In this document: positions 39,719 to 49,538 of the stretch, in pieces | Numbering within the stretch: the first letter of the stretch is position 1 | Layout: every line of letters begins with the position of its first letter | DNA from: Candidatus Latescibacterota bacterium | Lineage (GTDB): Bacteria; Latescibacterota; UBA2968; GCA-2709665 | Assembly: GCA_963667175.2 (NCBI GenBank) | Contig: CAXXXF010000003.1 | Location: forward strand, 32,001-96,000 | Reading direction: 5' to 3' | DNA length: 64,000 nt | Program-made: the position numbers and the translations under genes | The notes under the pieces: generated by a model | Seen by the model: only the letters and a program-made list of their open reading frames with translations | What the model was told of the DNA's origin: nothing | Databases searched by the model: none

Positions 39719-40612
39719 TCACAGAAATTCTATCGCTCTCTCGAGCCTCCTGTGAATTTCCTCTGTCTCCACGATTTCGAGACTTTCCTCCGCCCAGGAA
39801 GGAAATCGGGACCGTCGGAAGGCCTCAATGAGAGCACAAAGTGGCGCCATCACGTCGTCCAGGACCTTTTCTACGGGATCGGTCTCGCCGTATACAGACC
39901 TGAAAGCATCTGCAGCATCTGGACCGAGAGAACCCGTTACGTTTCTGTAGTCCGAATACCGCAATCCAAGCCCCAGGAGGTGATAGTCAAACACGACAGC
40001 CCTGATCGGGTACCCGTTTCTGGACAATGCCAGATTGGTCCAATGAAAATCGCTATGTGTCAGGATTTCGCCACAACCGATCGCGGCGTTTTTGATTCTG
40101 TCGATATTGTCGGCAAGAAACATCCACCTGGACCGGTCCGGACCCCTGACCTTCGTGGCCAACTCCAGGATCGACTCGGCCGTCAATACGTCGCTCTCGC
40201 GCCGCAAGAATGAAGACGAAGGCCTACCCTTCCACAAGCCCGAGTCTCCGTCGTGACGTGCTCGATACCATTCCGCTAAAGCAACGCCAACTTCACCCCT
40301 TCCTACATCCTCCCTACACGCCAGCCTGTGACCTCTGCTGACTTCAAGGTCCTCCAGAAGAAGGGCATGATTCGTCGAGGCAATAACGCACAGGGTAGGT
40401 ACTCCAAGTTCTTTGAGGAGAGCATAGATTCGGACTTCCCGTGAAGCGTCCGGATCTCCGAACATCTTCAGTATGTACGTGGAACCCTCGATCGCGATCC
40501 GGAAGACGTGGTTGTCGTGTTTGCGCTGGATGGGTTCGACCGTTTCCAATTGACGGGTATCGAACCCCATCTCAGCCAGGGTATTGCGCAAACTTCCGGT
40601 TGGTTGGATCAC
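39719..40612 (-). CDS. aminoglycoside phosphotransferase-like kinase
   Basis: LLLEDL, THSDFHWTN, FDYHLLG. Confidence 0.8.
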   Translation of the reverse strand: MIQPTGSLRNTLAEMGFDTRQLETVEPIQRKHDNHVFRIAIEGSTYILKMFGDPDASREVRIYALLKELGVPTLCVIASTNHALLLEDLEVSRGHRLACREDVGRGEVGVALAEWYRARHDGDSGLWKGRPSSSFLRRESDVLTAESILELATKVRGPDRSRWMFLADNIDRIKNAAIGCGEILTHSDFHWTNLALSRNGYPIRAVVFDYHLLGLGLRYSDYRNVTGSLGPDAADAFRSVYGETDPVEKVLDDVMAPLCALIEAFRRSRFPSWAEESLEIVETEEIHRRLERAIEFL

Positions 40613-40797
40613 ATCGTTTCTCGCAGGGTTGAACGCTCTCTCCTATATTGACTCAGCATGTGAGGCACCGGCATTGTGGGTGACCTGTGCACTGCGTACG
40701 ACCCAATAGAAGCAAAGCGAGCACAGTTCTGTTCGCAGGGGCATCGGGCGAAGACCTGTCGCGATGCTGGACCAACGGGGTCCCGCCACCCGATAGG

Positions 40798-41580
40798 TCA
40801 GAGATTGCCAAATACGTCTTCAAGTGGCTTTTCTTGCTCCCACCAATGCTTCGCCGAGGTCAGGCACGCAACCCCTTTCTCGATCAGGTCCAGGGCGGTG
40901 TCAGGACCGGGTCGCTCTTCGCGATAATGTGTCAGGACGGACTCATGGAATTCACGCATACGTCGTCCAAGTCCGAGATCCTCCGGAAGCGCATCGCATG
41001 CCCGGTCCTTTGGAAGTTGCCAGGCCGATATCGGATCGTTCGAATGAATCGTCAGCACGTGAAACAGGACCGGCCAGACTTTCGTGCACAGCAGTCTCAC
41101 GTCCCTCTCGAGCCGACCGTCTCCGTGGTCGAGAAGCCCCTTGCGCACGAATTCCGGTGACGGTTCCAGAGCGGCCAATGCTTGTCTGGCGGACGCGACA
41201 AGCTGTTCCGCGGTCGCTTCGGCCACCGGCAGGCCGCCGCGGACAACCCGATAGGTCCCTGGGACCGGGCCGTGATTGTCGTTTACAGTCTGTTGTACCG
41301 GGGTCGGCGTGCACTGGATATATTGGAACGGACGGTGATCGATCTTTGCAAGATCGCGGTGGATTTCCAGAGCCAGAGTCAGCGGCAGGCATCCATCCGC
41401 ATCGAAAGCGGCGGCGTCCAGGAAGAGTTGAAAGTCGATGTCGCTGCATCCCGGGATGAAGCCTCCCTTGACGGCGGAACCGAAGACGATCAGTCCGGCG
41501 AACCATTCCTTCGTATGGGAATGGGTGACGTCGCCCACCGATTCCACGATATCTCCGGCTTCCTGGACCGCGAACTTCAT
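40798..41580 (-). CDS. nucleotidyltransferase domain protein
   Basis: FGSAVKG..SDID Pol-beta-type motif. Confidence 0.78.
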   Translation of the reverse strand: MKFAVQEAGDIVESVGDVTHSHTKEWFAGLIVFGSAVKGGFIPGCSDIDFQLFLDAAAFDADGCLPLTLALEIHRDLAKIDHRPFQYIQCTPTPVQQTVNDNHGPVPGTYRVVRGGLPVAEATAEQLVASARQALAALEPSPEFVRKGLLDHGDGRLERDVRLLCTKVWPVLFHVLTIHSNDPISAWQLPKDRACDALPEDLGLGRRMREFHESVLTHYREERPGPDTALDLIEKGVACLTSAKHWWEQEKPLEDVFGNL

Positions 41581-41708
41581 TTCAGGTCTCAGTTCCTGTC
41601 AATAAGCCATCACTTCTCGTCGAAGGCTCAACTTTTCGGGTTGTCGCCATGCTTAGCCGCTGCCAAGTAGGTGGAAATTAACGTGGGCGCCCGTCAAACG
41701 GTCTAATC

Positions 41709-41832
41709 ACTCCCCCCTTGGGGGGGAGTCGCAGAAGCCGAGCCGGTCCATGTGCTTGTGTTCCCGGAGCCGCCGTCTTAAGCCTGTCGTAGAGTCGATG
41801 GACCGGCGACGGCGGATGCGGAGGGGGGATTT
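41709..41832. repeat. MITE/REP-like element, copy related to 36531-36666
   Basis: Same termini, different internal insert. Confidence 0.75.
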
Positions 41833-41948
41833 TATCGCCTTTCGTTAGCTAGGAGCATTAAAAATTATGGCCTCGTGGCCATTTCAACACCTGGTATTGT
41901 GAGCCGCCGCGAAAAACAACGGCGCACACGAATGAATGTCTGGCTGAT

Positions 41949-42227
41949 TTATATCAACGCGATGCGCAGTTGCCGGCCGAGAGCCCGTGCAGCGCGGTCC
42001 AGTGTCCGCAGGGTTACCGAAGCATTGGAGGCGTCAAGCAAGCGGTCCAGCGCTGACCGGCTGGTTTGCATACGCCTCGCCATCTCGGACTTGGACAGCT
42101 TGTGTTCCTTCATGAACTGGCTCAACTGAAACGCAATCACGCGTTTGGCTGCCGTCGCTTCTGATTCACTGAGGAGACCCTCTTCCTCGAGGAACTCATC
42201 GAAATTGCTGCCGAAGTGTTTTCTCAT
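41949..42227 (-). CDS. XRE-family HTH antitoxin (HigA-like)
   Basis: HFGSNFDEFLEEEG..MARRMQTSRSALDRLLD..VTL.TL. Confidence 0.88.
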   Translation of the reverse strand: MRKHFGSNFDEFLEEEGLLSESEATAAKRVIAFQLSQFMKEHKLSKSEMARRMQTSRSALDRLLDASNASVTLRTLDRAARALGRQLRIALI

Positions 42228-42741
42228 CTCGCCTCTCGCAATGTCTTGAGCCTGGAGCGTGCCAGATTGAGATCTCTGGCGGATGTTTTCTGAGTCTTTT
42301 TGATAAAGCCGTGTAACAGCACGATCGTGCCGCCGTAAAGCGTAAAGACGATTCGGGCAATGGATCGGGCAGTCTGCTGCGGACCTGCCAAAGAAGCTGT
42401 TTGAACATTCACGGTGTGTTCCCGAGCGCGAGCGAAAGGGCGCCGGTCAAGGCGGGCGAATTCGCCCATATCTAAAGATACGGGTGGATTTGACCAACGC
42501 AGACCGACGCACTTGCAGCCGCGCGAAGACCGCTGGGAATTTTCAAACAGCTTCAAAGATCGCCCTCGAGTTTTCGGACCACCGGCATTCCAAGAGGCCA
42601 CCCGAATTGAACGGTCTTGATGTCGGCGCCAATGATCTTTCTGGATTCGCGGTCCAGACTGTGCAGCCAGACTCTGACCGGTTCACGTCCTGTCGTCGTA
42701 CGGAAAAAGCGAACGGGCAGTGGGCTGTATCGGTTCAGCAT
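42224..42741 (-). pseudogene. RelE/HigB (Gp49-like) toxin disrupted by a MITE and a 1-nt frameshift
   Basis: N-half ..DIKTVQFGWPLGMPVVRKLEGDL / insert / WQVRSRLPD / frameshift near 42362 / IARIVF..LLHGFIKKTQKT. Confidence 0.88.
42393..42554. mobile_element. 162-bp non-autonomous MITE with 18-bp TIRs (IS5-family-like ends)
   Basis: GAAGCTGTTTGAACATTC..GAATTTTCAAACAGCTTC (17/18), flanked by an AAA duplication; removal restores the GDL-W junction. Confidence 0.85.
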
Positions 42742-42744
42742 GCC

Positions 42745-42774
42745 CAAATGTACCAATTCTGGTACATTTGTCAA
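42745..42774 (-). promoter_or_regulatory. sigma70 promoter overlapped by a perfect palindromic operator
   Basis: TTGACA-16nt-TACATT ending 5 nt before the toxin ATG; CAAATGTACCA-N4-TGGTACATTTG palindrome. Confidence 0.7.
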
Positions 42775-42965
42775 GTGGAAACGTGCGTTCAGCGACTCAA
42801 AAGATAAAAGTAACCGGTGGCGACAGCGCTTGACGTCCCGACGTAGGGTCAACTTGGCGAAGCCCGAAGGAGGCCATCAACCATTCAACAGGCTCATGTA
42901 CCACCGACTCAAGCCAAGCACAGAGACGCAGCCTAATCGCGCCTGCCTCACGCGACCGGCGGCTA

Positions 42966-43748
42966 TCACAGGAAGTCGCGCAATTCGAGCAGGTTTTCGA
43001 TTTCCGCGAATGGCTGGATGTCGCCGGGTTTCCTGCCTTTCCGATTGACCCAGATTCCCCTGATTCCGGCTTGTTGCGCTCCGGCGACGTCTTTATTGAG
43101 GTTGTCTCCGACCATCAATGTCTGGTCGGGGCCGGCATCCGCAAGCTGGAGCGCCTGCTCGAAAAATTGGGGATGCGGTTTGGCGAATCCGACGTCACCC
43201 GAAACAAGGACCTCGTCGAAATAACCCGCGAGACCACTTGTTTCCAGCTTCTGTCTCTGCAGATCGGACGCGCCGTTGGTGGCCAGAACCAATCTAACCT
43301 CCCCTTTGAGTTCGTTCAGAATCTCGATTGTCTCCGGAAAGTGCTCGAACAGACCTCTTCGGATTCCGACGAAATCGTCGGCAAGGCCTTGCGCCAGCCG
43401 TTCGTCGTCAACACCCATATCCTCGAGAGCCCGCGACCAGGCCTCAAACCGGTACGTCGGCGACCATCCACGCAGCCAGACCTGATTCTCGTTCTTCCCG
43501 GCGAACTCGCACCACAACCCCTCCCAGGAACTGATCCCCACGCGACGGCAATAGTCAATTGCCGGAGTTGAGCGCCAGAGTTCGCCGGCCCGTTCCAGGA
43601 CCCTGTCCCTGAGTTCAGCCGGGTGCACGCCGGCTTCCGCGTTCGCGCGTTGACCGGTCTGCTCAAGAGCTCTGAGCGCGACAGGTTTTTCCAGAATGAG
43701 GGTCTCGTCAAGGTCGAACAGAGTCGTTTTCACTGCGCCCCGGCTCAT
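42966..43748 (-). CDS. HAD family hydrolase
   Basis: FDLDETL, TNG, KP, VGDN..D. Confidence 0.92.
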   Translation of the reverse strand: MSRGAVKTTLFDLDETLILEKPVALRALEQTGQRANAEAGVHPAELRDRVLERAGELWRSTPAIDYCRRVGISSWEGLWCEFAGKNENQVWLRGWSPTYRFEAWSRALEDMGVDDERLAQGLADDFVGIRRGLFEHFPETIEILNELKGEVRLVLATNGASDLQRQKLETSGLAGYFDEVLVSGDVGFAKPHPQFFEQALQLADAGPDQTLMVGDNLNKDVAGAQQAGIRGIWVNRKGRKPGDIQPFAEIENLLELRDFL

Positions 43749-43788
43749 CGGTTCACTCGTTTTCCCGCACTCTCTATGACGCTTCCTC

Positions 43789-44181
43789 TCAACCCCCCGA
43801 CGCGGCGCCTGCCGCGGCCCGATTCCGCGCGGCGAATCGGAACAGCAGCGCGGATGCGATCCATAGCGTGATGAAGAGTCCGTTGAATCCCAGGATTTCG
43901 CGTACGGACATATACGGCGCGTGGTGCAACCCGGCGATCAGTGCGATTGCGGCAACCAGCGCCTAGGCGAGCGCGGTTGCGAAGAGTGCGCGCGCCATTC
44001 CGGCCGGCCGAAAGCGCGCGGCGACGGCGCAGATGATTCCCACCGCGAATACGCCGATATACATCCAGTCGGCAGGATCACCCTCGCGCCCGAGAACGCC
44101 GACGGCGCCGATCATCCAGACGAGGAGTAACGGCGTCGCAAGCGCAAGGCCCACGGCGAGCTTGTACATGGAATTGCCCAT
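43789..44181 (-). pseudogene. small multi-TM membrane protein with internal TAG (43963-43965)
   Basis: MARALFATALA*ALVAAIALIAG..; hydrophobic frame continues 57 codons past the TAG to TGA 43789. Confidence 0.7.
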
Positions 44182-44244
44182 CTTCATTCCTTTCACCCGG
44201 CGTTCGCTCGTTTCTCCCGTCGATGTTTCTTTGCTCACGGACAG

Positions 44245-45054
44245 CTACTTCTCGACGACAAAGACGACATGGTCGGTTGTATCCCTGAACTGAGGCAACT
44301 CCGACGTCTTAGGTGCGAATTCCAGGACATTTTCGTATGCTTCGGGTTCGTTCTCTCTCAGCGACTCGAGAAATGGCGCCATGCCTCCGATAAAACCCTC
44401 AGCGCCTGCGTATGTGACAATTCGCAGTCCTGTGTCCCGGAGTTCATTGCCGGCGATCTCAGGGTTGGACCAGTGACACTCGGTGAAACCGGACAGTTCG
44501 TGATCTTCAAAGGCCTGTTCGCCCAGCATGCTCCGCAGAAAAGCGGGATTTCGGAAACGCTTCGGGAAATCGACGATACCGCTTCTGAGCAAACCCCACG
44601 AATTCAGGAAGGCGACAATTGCCCTGCCGCCCGGTTTCAAAATGCGAATCATCTCCCTCAAAGCTTGTGCTCGATCATCCCTCTCGATCAGGTGATAGAG
44701 CGGACCGAGAAGGAGGGCCGCGTCGAACGACTCGTCGGCAAAAACGCCCAGATCGCGTGCGTCTCCTTGTATAAATCCGGTTGCGCCAACTCCTTCCAAT
44801 GCAAAGGCACGCTCCGCTCGCTCCAGCAGTTTTCCGGAGAGGTCGAATAACGTCATCCTGTACCCGCGCCTGGCGAGCTCGATGGAATAGCGACCCGGTC
44901 CGCTCCCGATGTCGCACACTTCGCCGCCGCCTGGGAAGTACTTCTCGATGAGGCGCAACGTGGACGCGAATTCGATTCGCGAAAGCCCCGTATCCAGCCG
45001 CTCCCACTCGCGATCAGGCGCTGAATCGTAGTAGTCCCGGACGTGCGTGCGCAT
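44245..45054 (-). CDS. class I SAM-dependent methyltransferase (paralog A)
   Basis: CDIGSGPGRY, LLGPLYH, LKPGG. Confidence 0.9.
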   Translation of the reverse strand: MRTHVRDYYDSAPDREWERLDTGLSRIEFASTLRLIEKYFPGGGEVCDIGSGPGRYSIELARRGYRMTLFDLSGKLLERAERAFALEGVGATGFIQGDARDLGVFADESFDAALLLGPLYHLIERDDRAQALREMIRILKPGGRAIVAFLNSWGLLRSGIVDFPKRFRNPAFLRSMLGEQAFEDHELSGFTECHWSNPEIAGNELRDTGLRIVTYAGAEGFIGGMAPFLESLRENEPEAYENVLEFAPKTSELPQFRDTTDHVVFVVEK

Positions 45055-45219
45055 TCAATCAGAAATCTCTTCAACGACCGAAAGATATTCCCGAATTGCG
45101 GCTTTGATGTTCGCAACCGCCTCTTGTTCCGTCTCTCCCTGGGACCAGCAACCTGGGAGACCAGGTACCGAAACGCTAAAGCCTTCGTCGGATTTTTGAA
45201 GCGCAATTTTGTACTTCAC
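45055..45219 (-). CDS. HicB-family antitoxin (short, orphan)
   Basis: EGFSVSVPGLPGCWSQGETEQEA..NI..AI.EY; no HicA adjacent. Confidence 0.82.
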   Translation of the reverse strand: MKYKIALQKSDEGFSVSVPGLPGCWSQGETEQEAVANIKAAIREYLSVVEEISD

Positions 45220-45346
45220 CTGGTACCCCTCTCTCCAATTCATCCTTCTTGTTGTCAAACAAGCCGATTAACCGATACTTTAGTCGTTGCCGTGACTTCG
45301 GTGACTTCAAGATCTCCCTCAACGTCTCCAGGTCTTCGACTCTCGA

Positions 45347-46150
45347 TCACGCCGAAGGTTCACGAAGCGCCGCTTCCCATAGCGCGGACACATCCCGAGC
45401 GCATCCGACCTCGGGAAAATATCGGGCCATGTTGTCTGCGCAGATCGACCGGACCATATCGTCGATGTAGTACGGGTCTACGAGAGACTCGAGCCGGTCC
45501 TGCCAGGTGCTGCGGTTCCGGTGCCCGTCGTCCACGTCGAGCGAATCCACCGAAATTTCCAGGAAATCCGCCAACCGCCCGTGTGAACGAGCCAGTTCGT
45601 GGGTCCTGATCACAAGCCGGCGATTTTTCGGAATCGGCCCGGCGCACCTGTTGACATGATCGTTCCACGCATGCAGGTACGCCGGAATCGAATAGAGCCC
45701 TCGCTCCGCAAGCGCGCGATCGTGACGCGAGTGGGGATGGCGTTCCGGCTTGATCCACCAGGGAAGAAAGTCCAGGATTTCCGATGGCGTCTCGCGGCTG
45801 ATCAGGTGCCCGATAGCCGATTGGAGCCACGTATAGCTGTCACGTATGAGAACGATGAACCTGGCGGCAGGAAAGAGATGCAACAGATGGCCGATGACGA
45901 ACTGGTTCACCCACGAGACGTCGTATTCCAGATCCAGCCGGGAATCGCGCTCACGGAGGAACTTTCGGAAGGCGGAGGCGGAGAGTTCACCCCGGGATTC
46001 TCGGAGTATCATATCGAGCAACTCAGGCCGCTCGGGTTCATGCGCCGCCCGGTAGTTGGTTGAAAGCAACCCGACCAGAGAGGCCGTACCGGACTTTGCC
46101 TGCCCGACGCAGAAGCCTTTGACCCGGGTCGGCGTGTGATTCTCAGTCAT
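45347..46150 (-). CDS. sulfotransferase-family (P-loop) protein
   Basis: VGQAKSGTAS (5'-PSB-like), HEP, FPAARFIVLIRD..W..S (3'-PB-like). Confidence 0.72.
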   Translation of the reverse strand: MTENHTPTRVKGFCVGQAKSGTASLVGLLSTNYRAAHEPERPELLDMILRESRGELSASAFRKFLRERDSRLDLEYDVSWVNQFVIGHLLHLFPAARFIVLIRDSYTWLQSAIGHLISRETPSEILDFLPWWIKPERHPHSRHDRALAERGLYSIPAYLHAWNDHVNRCAGPIPKNRRLVIRTHELARSHGRLADFLEISVDSLDVDDGHRNRSTWQDRLESLVDPYYIDDMVRSICADNMARYFPEVGCARDVSALWEAALREPSA

Positions 46151-46180
46151 GGTGTTGTTGCCTGGGGCGGCATGAATGGA

Positions 46181-47023
46181 TCAAGCATCCTTAATCGCCT
46201 GCGACGAAGTGCCTGACTTCTCGACGACAAAGTGAACATGGCTTGTTGCATCTCTGAACCCAGGCAATTCCGACGTTTCCGCAGCGAATGCTTCGATATT
46301 TTCGTATGCCGCCGGTTCATTCTCCCTGAGCGTCTCGAGCAGCGGCGCCATGCCTCCGACAAAGCCCTCCGCGCCCGCATAGCTGACAATCCGGAGGCCC
46401 ACCCCTCGGAGTTCCTTGCAGGCGATCTCAGGATTGGACCAGTGACACTCCGTGAAACGCGGGCGTTCACGGTCTTCAAAGGTCGTTTCGCCGAGCAAGC
46501 TCCGCAGAAAGGAGGGATTGCGGTAAAGGTGAGGGAAACCGGCCACTCCCGTTCGGAGCAAACCCCACGCATTGAGGAAGGCGACAATTGCCCTGCCGCC
46601 CGGTTTCAGAATACGAACCATCTCACTCAACGCCTGAGATCGATCAGGCCTCTCGGTCATGTGATATAGAGGACCGAGTAGCAAGGCGGCGTCGAACGAT
46701 TCGTCCTTGAAGACGCTCAGATCACGCGCATTTCCATGAATGTACGCCGTTGCGTTGATGCCTTCCGATGCAAAGGCACGCTCTGCCCGCTCCAGCAGTT
46801 TCCCTGACAGGTCGAACAACGTCACCCGGTACCCGCGTCTGGCGAGCTCGATGGAATAGCGGCCCGGTCCGCTCCCGACGTCGCACACGTCTCCGTTCGC
46901 GGAGAAGTATTTCTCGATGAGGCGCAACGTGGACGCGAATTCGATTCGTGAAAGCCCCGTATCCAGCCGCTCCCACTCGCGTTCCGGGGCCGAGTCGTAG
47001 AAGTCTCTGACGTGCGTGCTCAT
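46181..47023 (-). CDS. class I SAM-dependent methyltransferase (paralog B)
   Basis: Long identical stretches with 44245-45054. Confidence 0.9.
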   Translation of the reverse strand: MSTHVRDFYDSAPEREWERLDTGLSRIEFASTLRLIEKYFSANGDVCDVGSGPGRYSIELARRGYRVTLFDLSGKLLERAERAFASEGINATAYIHGNARDLSVFKDESFDAALLLGPLYHMTERPDRSQALSEMVRILKPGGRAIVAFLNAWGLLRTGVAGFPHLYRNPSFLRSLLGETTFEDRERPRFTECHWSNPEIACKELRGVGLRIVSYAGAEGFVGGMAPLLETLRENEPAAYENIEAFAAETSELPGFRDATSHVHFVVEKSGTSSQAIKDA

Positions 47024-47065
47024 TCAAACATCAACCGCCTCTTACATCTCGCCCGGACTCAATTC

Positions 47066-47659
47066 TTAAATAAGGACGGCTCCAACGGCGTCGAGTCGAT
47101 ATTGGCTGCCGTCGTATGCAATGGTCGTAACGGAGCATTCCCGTACTGCTTCACTGCTATACGGGTCATCGCAGAATCCCGGACTGATCCGATTCAATTC
47201 ATCAGCCGAAAACACGTTGAGAAGGAAGTCCGCCAGGACACCGCCATGGGTTACCCCGATCACGGTCTTTCCGGATGACCGACGATGGCAATCGGAAACA
47301 AAAGCCTCGATGCGTCTGCCGGCCCCGATGCTGGAATCGCCAACATCGGGTTCGTAGTTCCGTTCCCTGGAACAGCGCTCCCACTGGGCAACGAATTCGT
47401 CGAAGGTCTGGCCTTCGACGTCTCCCCAGTTCAATCGCTCACGGAGGCGTGAATCATCCGTCAATTCGAGATTCAGAACGGCGGCGATGATTTCTGCTGT
47501 CTCTCTCGTCCGAGCCAGCGGACTGCAGAAGATCCGCGCGACGCCTTCCGATACCAGCTTCCCGGCCAGTCTTTCCGCCTCTTCCCGACCGTCGGACGTC
47601 AGTGACGGATTCCCGATCCTTCGTTCTCTCTTCCCGTGTCGAATAAAGTGACAACGCAT
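47066..47659 (-). CDS. histidine phosphatase family protein
   Basis: IRHG, SPLARTRETA, VTHGG. Confidence 0.9.
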   Translation of the reverse strand: MRCHFIRHGKRERRIGNPSLTSDGREEAERLAGKLVSEGVARIFCSPLARTRETAEIIAAVLNLELTDDSRLRERLNWGDVEGQTFDEFVAQWERCSRERNYEPDVGDSSIGAGRRIEAFVSDCHRRSSGKTVIGVTHGGVLADFLLNVFSADELNRISPGFCDDPYSSEAVRECSVTTIAYDGSQYRLDAVGAVLI

Positions 47660-47721
47660 AGCGTCTGCCCGATCGTATTCCCCGATCCCCCGAATAGCCC
47701 GGTATCGCGTGGTGCAAGTAC

Positions 47722-48168
47722 CTATGCTGCGTCCCCTCTGACGTCGCCCATCGCTCGTTTCTTCGCCATCTTGGCGATCTGCGCAGATACGACCGCTGAG
47801 GCGGAACTGAGCAGCGTCACGGGAGCGATCGTTGCAACACTCCACAGCCACAACGGATAGGCGGTATTCACGGTGCCGACAACAAAGGGGAACACGCCCA
47901 CGAGCAAACCGCTCAGCGCACCCCAGACGCCGGCTCGTGATAGCGCCAACCCATCGATGCCGCGACGGCCCTCTGCAATCCCGGCCACCGTGTAGAAAAC
48001 GGCGCCGCAGAGGAAGCCCGGATACGCCCCGATCGCCAGCCACATTTCATCCATGGCGCCGCTCGGATCCACGATGACCCCTGTCAGTACACCAAGCGGC
48101 GCCCATACGACGGCCCAGATAAAGGCCATCAGCACCGCACCGCCAATACGTCTCAGCCGTTCATTCAT
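47722..48168 (-). CDS. hypothetical multi-TM membrane protein
   Basis: AGGAG RBS; four hydrophobic segments. Confidence 0.6.
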   Translation of the reverse strand: MNERLRRIGGAVLMAFIWAVVWAPLGVLTGVIVDPSGAMDEMWLAIGAYPGFLCGAVFYTVAGIAEGRRGIDGLALSRAGVWGALSGLLVGVFPFVVGTVNTAYPLWLWSVATIAPVTLLSSASAVVSAQIAKMAKKRAMGDVRGDAA

Positions 48169-48295
48169 CTGACATCTCTCCTTGCGAACAGGTTTCGGAT
48201 CATCCGTGAAAGGCAATCCGTCTTCGTCGCACCAACGCCCGAACTTTCAGGAAGACGATGTGAACGTGGGGCCTGCCGGCCTCGCTGCCCGTATG

Positions 48296-48877
48296 TCACG
48301 ACTCGATCGGAGGAAGATCAATCGGCGTCAGGACGCCGAAGAAGCCATATTTGATTCCGGAGGGATCTCCCCGGCCGGGCGGAAAGTACTCCTCGATCAG
48401 CTCCAGGAGCCGGCGGTTGAATTCGGCCGCCTGTTCTTCCGAGAGCCGCGCGCGGTTATGGTTGACGGAACTTTGAAATCTCGGGCCGAATATGCCGTCC
48501 GCGCTTTCGCGAAACGCCTGGTTGAATTGGCAAACGACCTCGCGATGCATTGGCTCGGTGGTTTCAGTTGCCTCATCGCTCGGGTCCGGAAATCGGATCT
48601 TGCCTACCGCGGGTACGCATTGCCACGACCTCGGGTCACTACCGGTTTTGTCAAGATATACGACATCTGAGTCGGCGAGCCGTTCCAGGTGACGGAGAAC
48701 CCGGGCGTCGGTAACGCCCATCATCGACGAAATCTCCGCCACGGATTTCCCCTCGCCCATCGTCTCCAGGATGCGCAACCGGAGGGGGTCCGCGAGCACA
48801 TTGACTCTTTCGTCATCGATAACAAGGACCGAAGCGGTTTTCGCGTCGGGAAATGCCAATTCGCGCCAACCCGCCAT
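48296..48877 (-). CDS. ArsR-type winged-helix transcriptional regulator
   Basis: LADPLRLRILE..SVAEIS..HLERL. Confidence 0.78.
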   Translation of the reverse strand: MAGWRELAFPDAKTASVLVIDDERVNVLADPLRLRILETMGEGKSVAEISSMMGVTDARVLRHLERLADSDVVYLDKTGSDPRSWQCVPAVGKIRFPDPSDEATETTEPMHREVVCQFNQAFRESADGIFGPRFQSSVNHNRARLSEEQAAEFNRRLLELIEEYFPPGRGDPSGIKYGFFGVLTPIDLPPIES

Positions 48878-48961
48878 TTTAAGCCTCCGTTGGAATATTG
48901 CTGCGCCTTTCCCACTTTTCGTGACGAAGGGGAGCTGCGTGTGCCACTTTCCAGGTCCGCA

Positions 48962-49432
48962 CTATCCCAGCCTGGCGCCTAGCCAGGCTCGCAGCTTTTC
49001 CGCATAGGGTCTGCGCAGTTCCGGGCTCGTCCAGTGACGACGTTCGAAATACAGTTTGTCGTTTTTCCACCGCGGAAAGACGTGCAGGTGATAGTGCCAG
49101 ACATCCTGGTTGCCGGCGGGTTCGTTGTGCTGGCGAGATGAGACGCCGTCGCAGCCATAGGTCTCCTTGAACCCGATGGAGATCTCTCTCGCGACCTCCT
49201 GAATTCGCGCCAGCAGATGCGTTGGCATGTTGTAGACGTTCTCGATGTGCGCGTTCGGAATCACAAGCGCGTGACCGGGATTCGCCGGCCACCACGCGGC
49301 AGAGATAAACGCGGTAACTTCGCCGTCCCGAAACACAACGTCATCCTGCTTCGTCCGCACGTGCTCGTTTTCGACGCCCTGTACCACAAGACAGAATGGG
49401 CAGATGTAGTCCGCCGGGACGTGTGTTTTCAT
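48962..49432 (-). CDS. HIT family protein
   Basis: CPFC, GHALVIP, HYHLHVFPR. Confidence 0.93.
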   Translation of the reverse strand: MKTHVPADYICPFCLVVQGVENEHVRTKQDDVVFRDGEVTAFISAAWWPANPGHALVIPNAHIENVYNMPTHLLARIQEVAREISIGFKETYGCDGVSSRQHNEPAGNQDVWHYHLHVFPRWKNDKLYFERRHWTSPELRRPYAEKLRAWLGARLG

Positions 49433-49538
49433 TAGCGCGGTAATCTGATTTGTGGGCGAAGGACTGAATGGCCACCGTAGCCAGGCACTGTCGTGTTGTG
49501 TGGCGTATGCCAGGCGGCGGCCCGACAGGATGGCAGGG

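Noticed and set aside
33503-41580. Aminoglycoside resistance cluster
   Set aside because: APH, GNAT and NTase folds are generic; none is recognisable as a known resistance allele
13425-43965. TAG recoding (Gln or pyrrolysine) suggested by two in-frame ambers
   Set aside because: Many intact genes end in TAG at their expected C-termini (e.g. 1115, 20556, 24301, 51729, 55018); no pyl genes or suppressor tRNA seen
47660-48043. Long N-terminal extensions in the ORF track (His-phosphatase; also 14951-15187 and 62990-63217)
   Set aside because: They overlap neighbouring genes or spacers; better starts with RBS lie at the domain boundaries, so these are not fusions
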